Shown piece by piece: positions 48,918 through 62,260 of a stretch of 64,000 nt of DNA (its first letter is position 1; each line of letters starts with the position of its first letter). The translations under genes were made by a program, and so were the position numbers. Location: NCBI GenBank assembly GCA_964016885.1, contig OZ024758.1, forward strand, positions 32,612,001 to 32,676,000, read 5' to 3'. Source of the DNA: Eledone cirrhosa (taxonomy: Eukaryota). Under the pieces are notes generated by a model, which saw only the letters and a list, made by a program, of their open reading frames with translations, did no database searches and had not been told where the DNA came from.

Positions 48918-50890
48918 GTTTATACAATAGGGGCATGGCTGTAATAGGAGGGTATAGGAAGGTATATATAATAGGGGCATGGCTGTAATAGGAGGGTATA
49001 GGAAGGTATATATAATAGGGGCATGGTTGTAATAGGAGGGTATAGGAAGGTATATACAATAGGGGCATGGCTGTAATAGGAGGGTATAGGAAGGTATATA
49101 TAATAAGGGCATGGCTGTAATAGGAGAGTATAGGAAGGTATATATAATAGGGGCATGGCTGTAATAGGAGGGTATAGGAAGGTATATACAATAGAGGCAT
49201 GGCTGTAAAAGGAGGGTATAGGAAGGTATATATAATAGGGACATGGCTGTAATAGGAGGGTATAGGAAGGTATATACAATAGGGGCATGGCTGTAATAGG
49301 AGGGTATAGGAAGGTATATACAATAGGGACATGGCTGTAATAGGAGGGTATAGGAAGGTATATACAATAGGGGCATGGCTGTAATAGGAGGGTATAGGAA
49401 GGTATATACAATAGGGACATGGCTGTAATAGGAGGGTATAGGAGGGTATATATAATAGGGACATGGCTGTAATAGGAGGGTATAGGAAGGTATATATAAT
49501 AAGGACATGGCTGTAATAGGAGGGTATAGGAAGGCATATACAATAGGGGCATGGTTGTAATAGGAGGGTATAGGAAGGTATATACAATAGGGGCATGGTT
49601 GTAATAGGAGGGTATAGGAAGGTATATACAATAGGGGCATGGCTGTAATAGGAGGGTATAGGAAGGTATATATAATAGGGACATGACTGTAATAGGAGGG
49701 TATAGGAAGGTATATACAGTAGGGACATGGCTGTAATAGGAGGGTATAGGAAGGTATATATAATAGGGACATGGCTGTAATAGGAGGGTATAGGAAGGTA
49801 TATATAATAGGGACATGGCTGTAATAGGAAGGTATATACAATAGGGACATGGCTGTAATAGGAGGGTATAGGAAGGCATATACAATAGGGGCATGGTTGT
49901 AATAGGAGGGTATAGGAAGGTATATACAATAGGGGCATGGTTGTAATAGGAGGGTATAGGAAGGTATATACAATAGGGGCATGGCTGTAATAGGAGGGTA
50001 TAGGAAGGTATATATAATAGGGACATGACTGTAATAGGAGGGTATAGGAAGGTATATACAGTAGGGACATGGCTGTAATAGGAGGGTATAGGAAGGTATA
50101 TATAATAGGGACATGGCTGTAATAGGAGGGTATAGGAAGGTATATATAATAGGGAAATGGCTGTAATAGGAGGGTATAGGAAGGTATATACAATAGGGAC
50201 ATGGCTGTAATAGGAGGGTATAGGAAGGTATATATAATAGGGACATGGCTGTAATAGGAAGGTATATACAATAGGGACATGGCTGTAATAGGAGGGTATA
50301 GGAAGGTATATACAATAGGGACATGGCTGTAATAGGAGGGTATAGGAAGGTATATATAATAGGGACATGGCTGTAATAGGAAGGTATATACAATAGGGGC
50401 ATGGCTGTAATAGGAGGGTATAGGAAGGTATATATAATAGGGGCATGGTTGTAATAGGAGGGTATAGGAAGGTATATACAATAGGGGCATGGCTGTAATA
50501 GGAGGGTATAGGAAGGTATATACAATAGGGACATGGCTGTAATAGGAGGGTATAGGAAGGTATATATAATAGGGACATGGCTGTAATAGGAGGGTATAGG
50601 AAGGTATATACAATAGGGGCATGGCTGTAATAGGAGGGTATATGAAGGTATATACAATAGGGGCATGGCTGTAATAGGAGGGTATAGGAAGGTATATATA
50701 ATAGGGACATGGCTGTAATAGGAGGGTATAGGAAGGTATATACAATAGGGGCATGGTTGTAATAGGAGGGTATAGGAAGGTATATACAATAGGGGCATGG
50801 CTGTAATAGGAGGGTATAGGAAGGTATATACAATAGGGGCATGGCTGTAATAGGAGGCTATAGGAAGGTATATACAATAGGGGCATGGCT
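48918..50890. repeat. 44-bp minisatellite, about 45 units
   Basis: Unit ggtatatacaataggggcatggctgtaataggagggtataggaa, with a few 33-bp deletion variants. Confidence 0.97.
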
Positions 50891-50944
50891 AGTGTGTTGG
50901 GGTTGCAATTGGGAGATTGAGAAATAATTTAAATTGAATACAAG

Positions 50945-51123
50945 ATGGAAAAGAAGGAAAAGAAGATGAAGAGGAGGAAAAGATGAAGAGGGAGGGAGGG
51001 GGAGAAAAAGATTAAGGAGAGGGAGGGAGGAGGAGAAAAAGAGGAAGAAGAGGGAGGGAGGAGGAGGAGAAAAAGAGGAAGAAGAGGGAGGGAGGAGGAG
51101 GAGAAGAAGAGGAAGAAGAAGAA
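50945..51123. repeat. GA-rich polypurine low-complexity tract
   Basis: (gga/gaa)n. Confidence 0.9.
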
Positions 51124-51872
51124 TGTGTAATAAACATACAAGAGTATGAATATTTTAAGCTGTGATCATGTCACATGTATCTCAGTAGCTGAGCATGCCA
51201 GATACATGTTTCTAGATGTTTTATCCATCATTGGTGATATACTCACTTGTACTGACATAAGAATAAACTTATATCTTATATGCTTTTGTTTTTGCATATG
51301 AAACAGGCTGGTGATGCTTATTTACATATAGGGCGAATAAAAGATCAACTGGTAATGCTCATCTGCATATAATGCAAACTTGACCAGCTAGCAGCAGTAA
51401 TATAGGTGTGTAATAAGGATACAGTGTACCCACAGCATTCACTCTTCTGGTTATTCACATAATTCTCCTTAGAACCTAACTAATAATTGTTCATGGTAAC
51501 CACCTCATATTTGTGGAATTGTAAATATCTTCTGCAATTTTTTAATTACTTTTTTAACACTAAATTATTAATAACAATATACAGTATTTACTGGCCTATT
51601 GGACGCCCCTTCGCATAAAACACTCCCTCTTTTTTTATTATATTTTACGCTATATTTTGACATTTATAAGCATTTTTTATGGACTACGCCCACTATCCAC
51701 GGTTTTTCACTCTTCACAGGTGCTCTAGGAACAAAACTCCTGTGAATACCAGGGGGACTACTGTAGATGTGAAGGCATATATGATATGTTTATAACAGAC
51801 ATACAGGTGTAATAAACATACAGGTATGCTACAGCCAATTAATACTACAGATTTGCACCTAAATTAGAAACC

Positions 51873-52067
51873 AAGGCAGTGGATTGGCAGTATCGGTAGA
51901 GGGTCTGACACCATGCTTTATAGCAAAGAGTTACGGCCCTTTATGGTCTGAGTTCAAATCCCACTGCGGTTAACTTTACTTTTATCCTTACGGGGTCAAT
52001 AAAATAAAGTACCAGTAAAACACTGGAATAATTGCTGGCCTTGTGCCAAAAGTAGAAACAATTATTA
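51873..52067 (+). mobile_element. tRNA-derived SINE
   Basis: Full consensus with A and B boxes and tail. Confidence 0.9.
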
Positions 52068-52179
52068 TTTAGTTTATTTAGTGTCTTATGAAAATCTTTC
52101 CATTATTTTCTCAAACAATCCAAACAACAGATGGCGGGGAAATGTGGGATTGTTGTCTGATAATGGCAGAATAGGATGG

Positions 52180-52848
52180 GATGAGAGAGGTGCAGAGAGG
52201 TAGAGAGGGAGGTAGAGAGAGGTAGAGAGGGAGGTAGAGAGAGGTGGAGAGGGAGGTGGAGAGGGAGGTAGAGAGGGAGGTGGAGAGAGGTGGAGGGGAA
52301 GGGGGTAGAGACAGGTGGAGAAAGAGAGAGAGGGGTGGAGAGGGGGTAGAGAGAGGTGGAGAGGTAGGTAGAGAGAGGTGGAGAGGGGGTAGAGAGAGGT
52401 GGAGAGGGAGGTAGAGAGAGGTGGAGGGGGAGGGGGTAGAGACAGGTGGAGAAAGAGAGAGAGGGGTGGAGAGGGGGGTAGAGAGAGGTGGAGAGGTAGG
52501 TAGAGAGAGGTGGAGAAAGAGAGAGAGAGAGGTGGCGAGAGGTGGAGAAAGAGAGAGAGAGAGGTGGAGAGGGAGGTAGAGAGGTAGGTTGAGAGGTGGA
52601 GAGGGAGGTAGAGAGAGGTGGAGAGGTAGGTAGAGAGGTGGAGAGGTAGGTAGAGAGAGGTGAGGAAAGAGAGAGAGAGGTGGAGAGGGAGGTGGAAAGA
52701 GGTGGAGAAAGAGAGAGAGGTGGAGAGGGAGGTGGAGAGAGAGGTGGAGAAAGAGAGAGCAAGAAAGGCAGAGAGAAAGGTGGTGATAGATAGATAGAGA
52801 GAGACAGAGAGAGAGAACTAGATAGATAGATAGAGAGAGAGTGAGAAA
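52180..52848. repeat. ~670-bp purine-rich simple repeat (ggtggagag/ggtagagag)
   Basis: Direct inspection. Confidence 0.92.
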
Positions 52849-53255
52849 CATGCCTTATCAATAAGCCATAAGATGTAATAAGGAAGGACTGTGGTTGTAG
52901 TGAAGAGATACAGAGTTATTCTCTTTCAGCTACTGTGTTATGGTTTATCAGTCAAAGAAAATCCAATCAAAGAATCAGGAAGATTTAAAATTCATAAAAC
53001 TTCAGTTGTTTAAAGAAGACAGATATCTAATTTGGAGTATTTGCAAAGTTATACATTCCACCAAATTATTTTCATTAAATGATGTAGAGAGTAAATTTGC
53101 ACTTTATCTGTGGAATTAAGAGTAAACACACAGTGTCGCTATACCACTGGAAATCAATATCATTAATAGGAGTTAGCTCAACAAATTGGCACATATAATA
53201 AATATGTGCCTTTCTAATGAAATCTATTTTCCTTAGAACTTTTATAAAGAAAAAT

Positions 53256-53438
53256 TAATTGTTTCTACTTTTTGGCACAAGGCCAGCAATTACCCAGTAC
53301 ATTACTGGTACTTTATTTTATCGACCCCGTAAGGATGAAAGGCAAAGTTAACCTCAGCGGGATTTGAACTCAGATCATAAAGGGACGTAACTATGCTAGA
53401 AAGCATGGCTTCTGACGCTCTACTGATACTGCCAATTC
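53256..53438 (-). mobile_element. tRNA-derived SINE, slightly 5'-truncated
   Basis: Consensus match; gaaaaattaat direct repeat on both sides. Confidence 0.88.
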
Positions 53439-53644
53439 GAAAAATTAATAACAGCTGTTTATGTCTGATTTACAATTTAAATTAGAAATCTATTTGACAC
53501 ATTTAAATAATGAGAGTTGATGACAATTGTGTCATTGTCATGTAAGAGGCTTACAAAATTTCTTTAGTTATATGAAATATGTTAGAAAATTTAGATAATT
53601 TTAATGAATAAATATATTCCCAATATTCTGATATATTCCATTAT

Positions 53645-54195
53645 TGGCATGGATTGGTAGTATTGGTAGAGGGTCGGACGCCATGTTAAGGCGGTGGATT
53701 GGCAGTATTGGTAGAGGGTCGGACGCCATGTTAAGGCGGTGGATTGGCAGTATTGGTAGAGGGTTGGACGCCATGCTAGGGCGGTGGATTGGCAGTATTG
53801 GTAGAGGGTCGGACGCCATGTTAGGGCGGTGGATTGGCAGTATTGGTAGAGGGTTGGACGCCATGCTAGGGCGGTGGATTGGCAGTATTGGTAGAGGGTC
53901 GGACACCATGCTAGGGCGGTGGATTGGCAGTATTGGTAGAGGGTCGGACACCATGCTAGGGCGGTGGATTGGCAGTATTGGTAGAGGGTCGGACGCCATG
54001 CTAGGGCGGTGGATTGGCAGTATTGGTAGAGGGTCGGACACCATGCTTTGACGCGTAGAGTTACGGCCCTTGCCATTCTGAGTTCAAATCCCGCCGAGGT
54101 TAACTTTGCCTTTCATCCTTACGGGGTCGATAAAATAAAGTACCAGTAATGTACTGAGTAATTGCTGGCCTTGTGCCAAAAGTAGAAACAATTAT
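53645..54195 (+). mobile_element. SINE with nine tandem 45-bp heads
   Basis: ggatt recurs every 45 bp from 53651 to 54011, followed by one complete SINE body. Confidence 0.95.
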
Positions 54196-54341
54196 TAAAG
54201 GACAAAATCTCCTTACAAAATAGTTTATTAGCTTTTCTTATTTCTGCAAAATAATTAGACAGTTATAGGAACTCTTTCTTATATAGTAAAGGAGTAATGT
54301 TCCTTCCACTTCTGGTTGTCTTACAATTAAAAATAACAACA

Positions 54342-55161
54342 TAAGATGGTCATACTGCTATTATGATAAAACTCCCCCAGTCAACCTTGTAAGGTGGTCA
54401 TACTGGTACCATGACAAGAAGCACCCAGTCCACCCTGTAAGGTGGTCATACTGGTACCATGACAAGAAGCACCCAGTCCACCCTGTAAGGTGGTCATACT
54501 GGTACCATGACAAGAAGCACGCAGTCCACCCTGTAAGGTGGTCATACTGGTACCATGACAAGAAGCACCCAGTCCACCCTGTAAGGTGGTCATACTGGTA
54601 CCATGACAAGAAGCACCCAGTCCACCCTGTAAGGTGGTCATACTGGTACCATGACAAGAAGCACCCAGTCCACCCGGTAAGGTGGTCATACTGGTACCAT
54701 GACAAGAAGCACCCAGTCCACCCGGTAAGGTGGTCACTCTGGGGACATGACAAAAAGCAAACCATCAAACCTGTCAGGTTGTCACACTAGTACTATGACA
54801 AAATACACTCAGTCAACCCTGTAAGGTGGTGAATCAAAAACAAAACGTAAACAGTTCACCCTGTGAGGTGGTTATGCTGGTGCTATGATAAAAAGCATTC
54901 AGTCCACCCAGTATGATGGTCATACTGGTGCCACAACAAAAAGCACCCAATCCACCCTGTAAAGTGGTAGTAGTGGTGCCACAAAAACAAAACCTCCCAG
55001 TCCATGCTGTAATGTGGTTGGCATTAGGAAGGACATCCAGTCGTTGAAAACCAAATAAAAAATGGATGGTATAAGTAGGATGTGGTCATCTAACTTGTCG
55101 ATGTACTTGTCTAACTAAATGCAAATGTGAAAAATGGACATTAAATGGTGATGATGATGAT
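54342..55161 (+). repeat. 48-bp tandem array derived from an RTE 3'UTR unit, ending in the RTE terminus
   Basis: aaggtggtcatactggtaccatgacaagaagcacccagtccaccctgt x7 near-perfect plus ~6 degenerate units, then ggttggcattaggaaggacatccag and (GAT)n. Confidence 0.88.
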
Positions 55162-57129
55162 ATTGACAGTATCAATTCCAGTTGAGTAACTAATTTACTT
55201 ATACGAGGGTGGGCTGAAAAGTTCATAGGCTGACTACAAAGGAGTGATGCTGGAGCTGTGAAATCTTGCATGCATTCATTTCAAATCTTATGAATAACTG
55301 CATTGTTACTTTCCAGGGACTATGTTGAAAAATAAACCTCATTTGGTCATTCCATGAGAGTATCTTGGTCAGCCTATAAACCTTTCAGTTGACCCTCGTA
55401 ATAAAGGTTAATTAATTAAACAATCAGAAAGAACAACTCTCCAATCTGCTTCCAACACTTCAGACTATGAAGTTACATCAGGGAAAACCCAGATCCAGTT
55501 CAGAGTCCGATGATGGAGTACAATAACAATAATAACCATCATGTCAGATTGATCTAACAACAAACTCATTGATATATGGTAGGAGTCCTTTGTAGAGAAA
55601 CAATGATGTATACCCTGGTGGATGCTTTCGCACGATGAATCTAATGTGGAATGGGTTATGTTGCAAACCAGCCATCATATAATCACAGTACAAGCATTCC
55701 TATCATTACTTCTGTAAAAAAGTTTCTGTGAGTTATAAAAGGTAAAGGGTAAAGACCTCTTCGGTCACGAATGACCATGGCATTTGTACCTAGAAAGTTC
55801 CTCACCGAGGCACAAATCGATGCACACCCCATGCATAAAATGTCTCCCCTCTCTATGCCGTCGATGTCGTCCAAAGGAAAGGCAATGGCTGATACAGCTT
55901 GACACCAGTGACATCGCAACTCATTTCTACAGCTGAGTAAACTGGAGCAACGTGAAATAAAGTGTCTTGCTCAAGAACACAATGCATCACCTAGTCCGAG
56001 AATCAAACTCACCGCCTCCCAATTGCAAGCCCAACACTAAGCCAATAAAATTGAGAAAACTACCAAACTATGACAGGTGATAATTGAGCAGCAGGTCAAT
56101 GTACCTTTAGAAAGACACAGGAGAGGGAGGATCAAAAGATAGAAATATAATTTAAAACAGCCACATAATACCCTCAACTCCCTCCCACCTTATTTCCAGA
56201 GAGACCCTCCTACACACAAGTTGTAAATAATATATAATAAATAAAATCATTAATTTATATATAATAAATAATATAATTGTTTCTACTTTAGGCACAAGGC
56301 CAGAAATTACCCAGTGCATTACTGGTACTTTATTTTATCGACCCCGTAAGGATGAAAGGCAAAGTCAATATGTAGTATATATAATAAATAATATAATATA
56401 TACTAAATATATAAATAAATATTGTATATTTTTTATTTTACTATATTTATATATATGTATCAGTTGATATTTAACCTTTTACATTACTCTATATATACTA
56501 TTGTATTTTTGTGTTAGAGACTTTATTTTACATAATTATCTCACATAATATCGAATCTATGAGATTGTGATGTTATTTATTTTGAGAACAATATCTTAAC
56601 ATCAGTATAAGCAGCTAGATACAGCTGGTTTGAACAAAAAGGGGTGAAATAATTCTGGCCGGATATGGCTGGTTGAATGCTAAAGGGTTAATATATTATT
56701 ATATTATACCTAGCCCTTAGGTTGCACCTTAAAGCCACTAACTCAACAAAGTGATTAATCTTGGTTGTGTCTCTTCCATTATCTTTTAACAGAAGGTGAC
56801 TTCCTGAATCAAGCTCAACATCAACTGATTCAATCTTATCAATAATGGCTGGCATTTTTAACCAATTGGAAATATTTGTTATTTTTAGTGGTGAAAAGAG
56901 CTTAACCAAACGAAATAAGAATTTCTCTATTTGTTAATAAAAATGTTCCGAGCAATTGTATGAATAATTTCAGATTTTTGAAGGGTTATTAAAATGAGGT
57001 TCTTTGATGTTATGATGCCTACTAAACATACTTCTTGAATTTGCCAACAGTGAATTGCATAATCTGATGAACTAAGCAATATATTTTTACAAGGGTTGGG
57101 CTGAGAAAAGCTGGGAATCAAATATAGTA

Positions 57130-57392
57130 TGCAAGGGAGAAGACTGAACTGGTATGTGTATGGATGATGTGTATGGATGATGGATGTTGGGTGAAGAAGT
57201 GCTAAGTGTTCTCAGTAGAAGGAAACTGCAGTAGAAGACCAAGAAAGGTCTAGGTAGAAGTAGTGAGAATGGATCCCAAAATGCTGAACTTCACAAAGAA
57301 ATGCAGCAAGTGGAGGGAAAATGTGCTGGAAAGACTCATCCAACCCATGCAAGCATGTAAAACAGGACATAAAAGATGATGATGATGATGAC
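57130..57392 (+). mobile_element. Old RTE 3' fragment
   Basis: RRLNWY..., caacccatgcaagcatg, (GAT)n tail. Confidence 0.65.
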
Positions 57393-57806
57393 AACAACAG
57401 TTCGTTTTCTAGAACCAACCATGATATTGTGGATGAAAGTATTTCAAATGTTGGTATTGTTCAACTATTTATCAATGTCAATGACTAATAAAATACCAAC
57501 CAGTAAGTGAATCTCTAAGCAGACTTGGTAAATATCAAAGTAAAATAACCTTCAAATCACACCAATAGTATGAAGACATCAGATAATGTAGTCCTACATA
57601 GCCCTAAGAAAATGAACTGATATGGGATAGAATACCTTTGATCACAGCTCTACCTGAGCAGAGCTAACCTGCGGCTAATCAACAACAACAATGACAAAGG
57701 AAAATAAAACAAACAGTAGGCATCTTGATTTAAATCGTTGAGGGATTCTACTTAGAAACTAAACTGAGTTTGACAATGTCCAATCAGTTCTTATTATTTG
57801 CTTCTC

Positions 57807-58013
57807 AGGGCGGTGGATTGGCAGTATCGGTAAGGGTCGGACGCCATGCTTTGAAGCATAGAGTTATCTCCCTTTATGATCTGAGTTCAAATCCCGCCGA
57901 GGTTAATTTTGCCTTTCATCCTTACGGCATCGATAAAATAAAGTACCAGTAATAAAGTACCAGTAATGCACTGGGATAATTGCTGGCCTTGTGCCTAAAT
58001 CAGAAACCATTAT
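57807..58013 (+). mobile_element. tRNA-derived SINE; further partial copies 56275-56368 (-) and 59098-59240 (-)
   Basis: Consensus match with a small internal duplication of aataaagtaccagt. Confidence 0.9.
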
Positions 58014-58299
58014 TGCTGTCATGAATATCTTCTAAGATACCAGGTTGGATTAGCTGATGAGGCATCAATGCTGAAATAGTTGCTGATTCTCCAAGATTAA
58101 AATGTTGAGAGGAATTTATTTAAGAAATCTGTTTTATCAATTTCTTCTTGAAATTTTTGTCATAATGTCTACTTTATAGATGTACTCAGTTCCTTTTCAG
58201 TTACATAGCAAAAAAAAAAAGGTTTTGACTCAATATTAACTCTTAAAATTCTATAATGATTTTGCAGAAAATGTCAAAGAAATGGGTTTTGTTAAATCA

Positions 58300-58910
58300 A
58301 ATGTTTATAGTATCTGGTGCCAGGCTTGAACAAGTCAAGAAGTTCAAATACCTTGGTTCAATACTTGAACAGACGGCAGAGGGAAGTTAGGAAATAAGGA
58401 TGAGACTAACAACTACAAGAACAGTCCTGAGCACACTCAGCAGCTTTTGGAAGGATAGAACGCTTACAAAGTTCACCAAACAGTAATCAAAACATTAGTG
58501 TGGCCGGTAGCTCTATATGGTTGTGACTTTAAAGGCCTCTGACTTGAAACAACTGAGTGCATTTGAAATGTCATGCTATAGGTGTACGCTTAGAATTAGC
58601 TAGACAGCTCACAAAACAAATGAATCTGTCCTGGAAGAGATCAGTGCCAATCAACAGTTGAAACAGTAAGGAAAAAGAAACTTCAGTGTTTTGGACATGT
58701 CATCAGGGACCAAAATTTGACTTCTCACATCCTTGAAGGACAAATTCAAGGGAAAAGGGCCAGGAGACGACAGAAAAGGAGATCGATAGATGATATTAAG
58801 GAATGGACAGGAGTTTGGTGGAATGTATAGCAATGGCAAGAGACAGAAACATATAGCGTCCATGAGTCCAAGACCCCCGACTCTCAGATATGAGGATGGG
58901 ATGAGGTAGG
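58300..58910 (+). pseudogene. Decayed RTE/BovB-like RT C-terminal region
   Basis: LEQVKKFKYLGS, TLVWPVALYGC, AFEMSCYR..LRIS, FGHVIR, ILEGQIQGK. Confidence 0.8.
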
Positions 58911-60430
58911 CTTTATTAGTAAACAGATTATTGTGATGTAGCCATAATGCTGCTTTGTACCTTTTAAAAATGTTTTTCTAAAGTGGTTTTATGTAGCACA
59001 GAATGTTAAGAGTTAAGGAAAATGTGAATGAAAGAAAACAAAAAGGAAATTTCTCATCTTCTTTGGTTGTTATTTGAATGTGTATTGCATTACTAACAAT
59101 AATTGTTTCTACTGTTGGCACAAGGCCAACAATTACCCCAGTGCATTACTGGTACTTTATTTTATCGACCCTATAAGGATGAAAGGCAAAGTTAACCTCG
59201 GCGGGATTTGAACTCAGACCGTAAAGGGCCATAACTCTATCCCGCATTACTAAGTATAATAGTCATCAATAATGAAAGGAATTGTCTTGCTGTATTTTAT
59301 TAATTGTATGTCATTTTGAGATAATTTGTAGCTCTCTCAGCATCGAACCTATTAAATATCTTTCTAAAGGAGCAAAATTTTAAAGTAAATAAATTCAATT
59401 TCTTCTTCAATGAGACATGACAAAAGCTGCTGCATCAAATTTGGTGTAAGGAATGATGGTAGTGATAAACAATATAGAAGATTAGGATAACCAAGATTAA
59501 TGACAATATAGAAATTATGATAACTGTAGTATTAAGGTTGTTAAAATGTATTACACTGATTGAAATTTGAGCAGGTAAGAACTGAAGAACTGAATCTGGA
59601 ATTTATGAGCAAATATTTGGTCTCCATTTAAAATCAGGTCATCCATCTGCTAAAGAAATGTTTACACATTAACTTTTAGCATGCTAAAAAAATTTATGGG
59701 TTGTTTCCCTTGACACTGCATTAAGGGAAGGTTACTCTATAGTCCGCTGTGTCGCTGACAGCGTATTAAAGGTTAACTGCTATAATCACTAGCCTAGCTT
59801 ATTGGTGCACTATGTCATTGTTTGTCTCTTGCTACTACAATCCTCTCTGAACCTCAAAACTATGAGTACTCAGTCTCAAACTCACTCAATACCCTTTACT
59901 TCCTTCCTATTCTTATTCTTGGCCTTAATCTCTCCATACTATCCAAATAATGTCCCCAGCATACAGACTTTCTTTACATATCACTCTTAACTTATAGCTT
60001 CTAAAAGTCTATATATAAATTTGAGGCGACAATGTGTGTGTGTGTGTGTGTGTTTGTGTGAATGTATGTGTGTGTAAAAGGAAGGAAGGGGATGGTGAAA
60101 ACACTATAGCAAAACAGCAACAGCGTTCCATTTGCTATGCTGTGTGTGTGAATGTATGTCTGCGAATGTGTATTTTTGTGTGTCTGTGTTTGCGCGTTTA
60201 TATTTATATACCCATAATATAAATGTATGCACATGCACATACATGCACACATGCACATGCACACACACATACGCGTCAACATGTTTAAAAAAATTCTAGC
60301 AATGGAAAAAGCTGGGTTAATTGGTATAACAATAGTCCAGCAAACAAAGAGTGTGGGTTCAACTCCCATGCATGCTCATCTTTTTCCATTCAGTGGGTTA
60401 ATATGCCCCATTATTAGACTATATTATTAA

Positions 60431-60614
60431 GGGCGGTGGATTGGCAGTATCGGTAGAGGGTCGGACGCCATGCTTTCCAGCATAGTTACGTCCCTTTACG
60501 ATCTGAGTTCAAATCCCGCCGAGGTTGACTTTGCCTTTCATCCTTACGGGGTCGATAAAATAAAGTACCAGTAATGAACTGAGAATTGCTGGCCTTGTGC
60601 CTAAAGTAGAAACA
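60431..60614 (+). mobile_element. Young tRNA-derived SINE with 18-bp TSD
   Basis: TSD attattagactatattat at 60410-60427 and 60615-60632. Confidence 0.93.
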
Positions 60615-61166
60615 ATTATTAGACTATATTATATAGTTAAAATATTACAGTAAAGCTTCTATTTCTATTTCAATTGCTACAAATATTTTCAGAAAAAGAA
60701 GCAATAAAAATCCAAACAAAATAAGTTGAATATCCTGTGTTAGATATAAATATATAAAATGGATGATTCTTTGTAATGTTTTGTTTCCAATAATATTTTT
60801 TTTTAAATCCAAATATTAGTTACAGGAAAAAATACAAGTACAAAACTAGAAAAATCTATGGTGAGTCACATTCATCCCCAAAGCATACTTCTTAATTGGT
60901 AAAGTTTTTCCTACAGATAAACTGTAGAAACCTATACACTAATATATAGCTTAATGATACTAACATGGCCTTTGTTTTTAATCAATATATACACAGTTCC
61001 AGCTTCTCACAGCTGTTTATCTGCATCTTAACAGCACTATATATAATATGTGCTGATCAATTTATCTACTGCTCAATCTAGCTTTATCAGCTTCCTAACT
61101 TTTTATATTAAACATGTAAGATTGAGCAATTGATTTTTCAATCTTTCTAAGAATGCTGAGGTTGAT

Positions 61167-61211
<45 letters not shown>

Positions 61212-61599
61212 GTTATTCCTTCCTCCAGCTTACACAAATTCATTAAGATATCAATCATATCGATATCATAATATATTTTACAGAAAACCTGGCTTGCTTT
61301 AAAATGAAGTATTACGAAAAATATCTGAAGGTTTATTAAATGTTAATATTTATTAATGTACATAAAGATATAATTAGTCAAGTGATAAAACTGTATTAAT
61401 ATAATATTTAGGATAGAATCTAGTTTAAAACTATTGATAACCCAGTGATTTCCCTTCAATTATATGCTGCATATATCTAACCAAATTCCTTCCACCTGTT
61501 TACCAATAGGCAAAGTGTAGAATGCAGTTTCATGGCACTGAAAAATTATGGCTGCTGTTGCTTATACTATACATTCTGTGTGCTCGTATAACTGGAAAA

Positions 61600-62260
61600 A
61601 AGTATAGAAGTGGCAATATGTTATTGTCACAGATGAGCCTGCCATTTGTAGTTTCAAAAATCACTTGATAAGTCTGCTGATCAGTGCTGCAAAAGCTGAG
61701 ACACTTGTCCTCTAAGAGAACCTTCACAGAGCCCTCTGCATGTGTGAGGAGTTACATTGAAGCAGGAAGATAAGTTCAAGTAACTTAGGGTCGTTTTCAT
61801 GAGTGATGGAAGGCAGCAGGCTGAATTAAATGCAGGAATTGCTGGAGCTGGTACAGTAATGTGCCAGTTCCAACACTAAGTCATTAGAAGAAGGGATGCA
61901 GCTGTAAAACCCAAACTCACTATCTTCAGTTTGGGGTTCATGCCAACCCTTACCTATGGTTATAAATTTGAAGTAATGACCAAAAGATATGATTGTGAAT
62001 ACATGTAGCCCAAATGGGGTTCCTCTAAAGTGTCTATGGAGCAACATTACTCAATAGAGTGTGTAACTTAGCAATCAGGGAGTTGCACCAGGTAGAGTAA
62101 ACTACTTCTCCAAATCAAGAGATCACAGCTCCAGTACTACAGACCTGTGGCTAGAATATATAAAAAAAGAATCATTAGAGAGATGTTTCGGGTAAAGCCA
62201 ACCAGCAGGAGATCCAGATGTGGAGTGTTCAGCAAAGATCTATGAAATCGATTGGTCCTG
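61600..62260 (+). pseudogene. Decayed RTE RT C-terminal region
   Basis: LKQEDKFK.LG..F.SDG, FMPTLTYG-like residues with many stops. Confidence 0.6.

Noticed and set aside
48805-50886. Three overlapping 640-690 aa ORFs
   Set aside because: They result from a 44-bp repeat with no stop codons on the minus strand; all frames give the same repeating peptide and there is no domain or splice evidence.
52103-52861. Ser/Pro/Leu-rich ORFs of ~250 aa
   Set aside because: Translations of a simple GA-rich repeat.
53591-54768. CRISPR-like arrays or repeat-protein ORFs at 53.6-54.8 kb
   Set aside because: Head-to-tail tandem repeats without unique spacers, derived from SINE and RTE sequence; no cas genes and a eukaryotic context.
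60431-60614. tRNA genes
   Set aside because: The A/B boxes belong to multicopy SINEs with tails and TSDs; no cloverleaf is evident.
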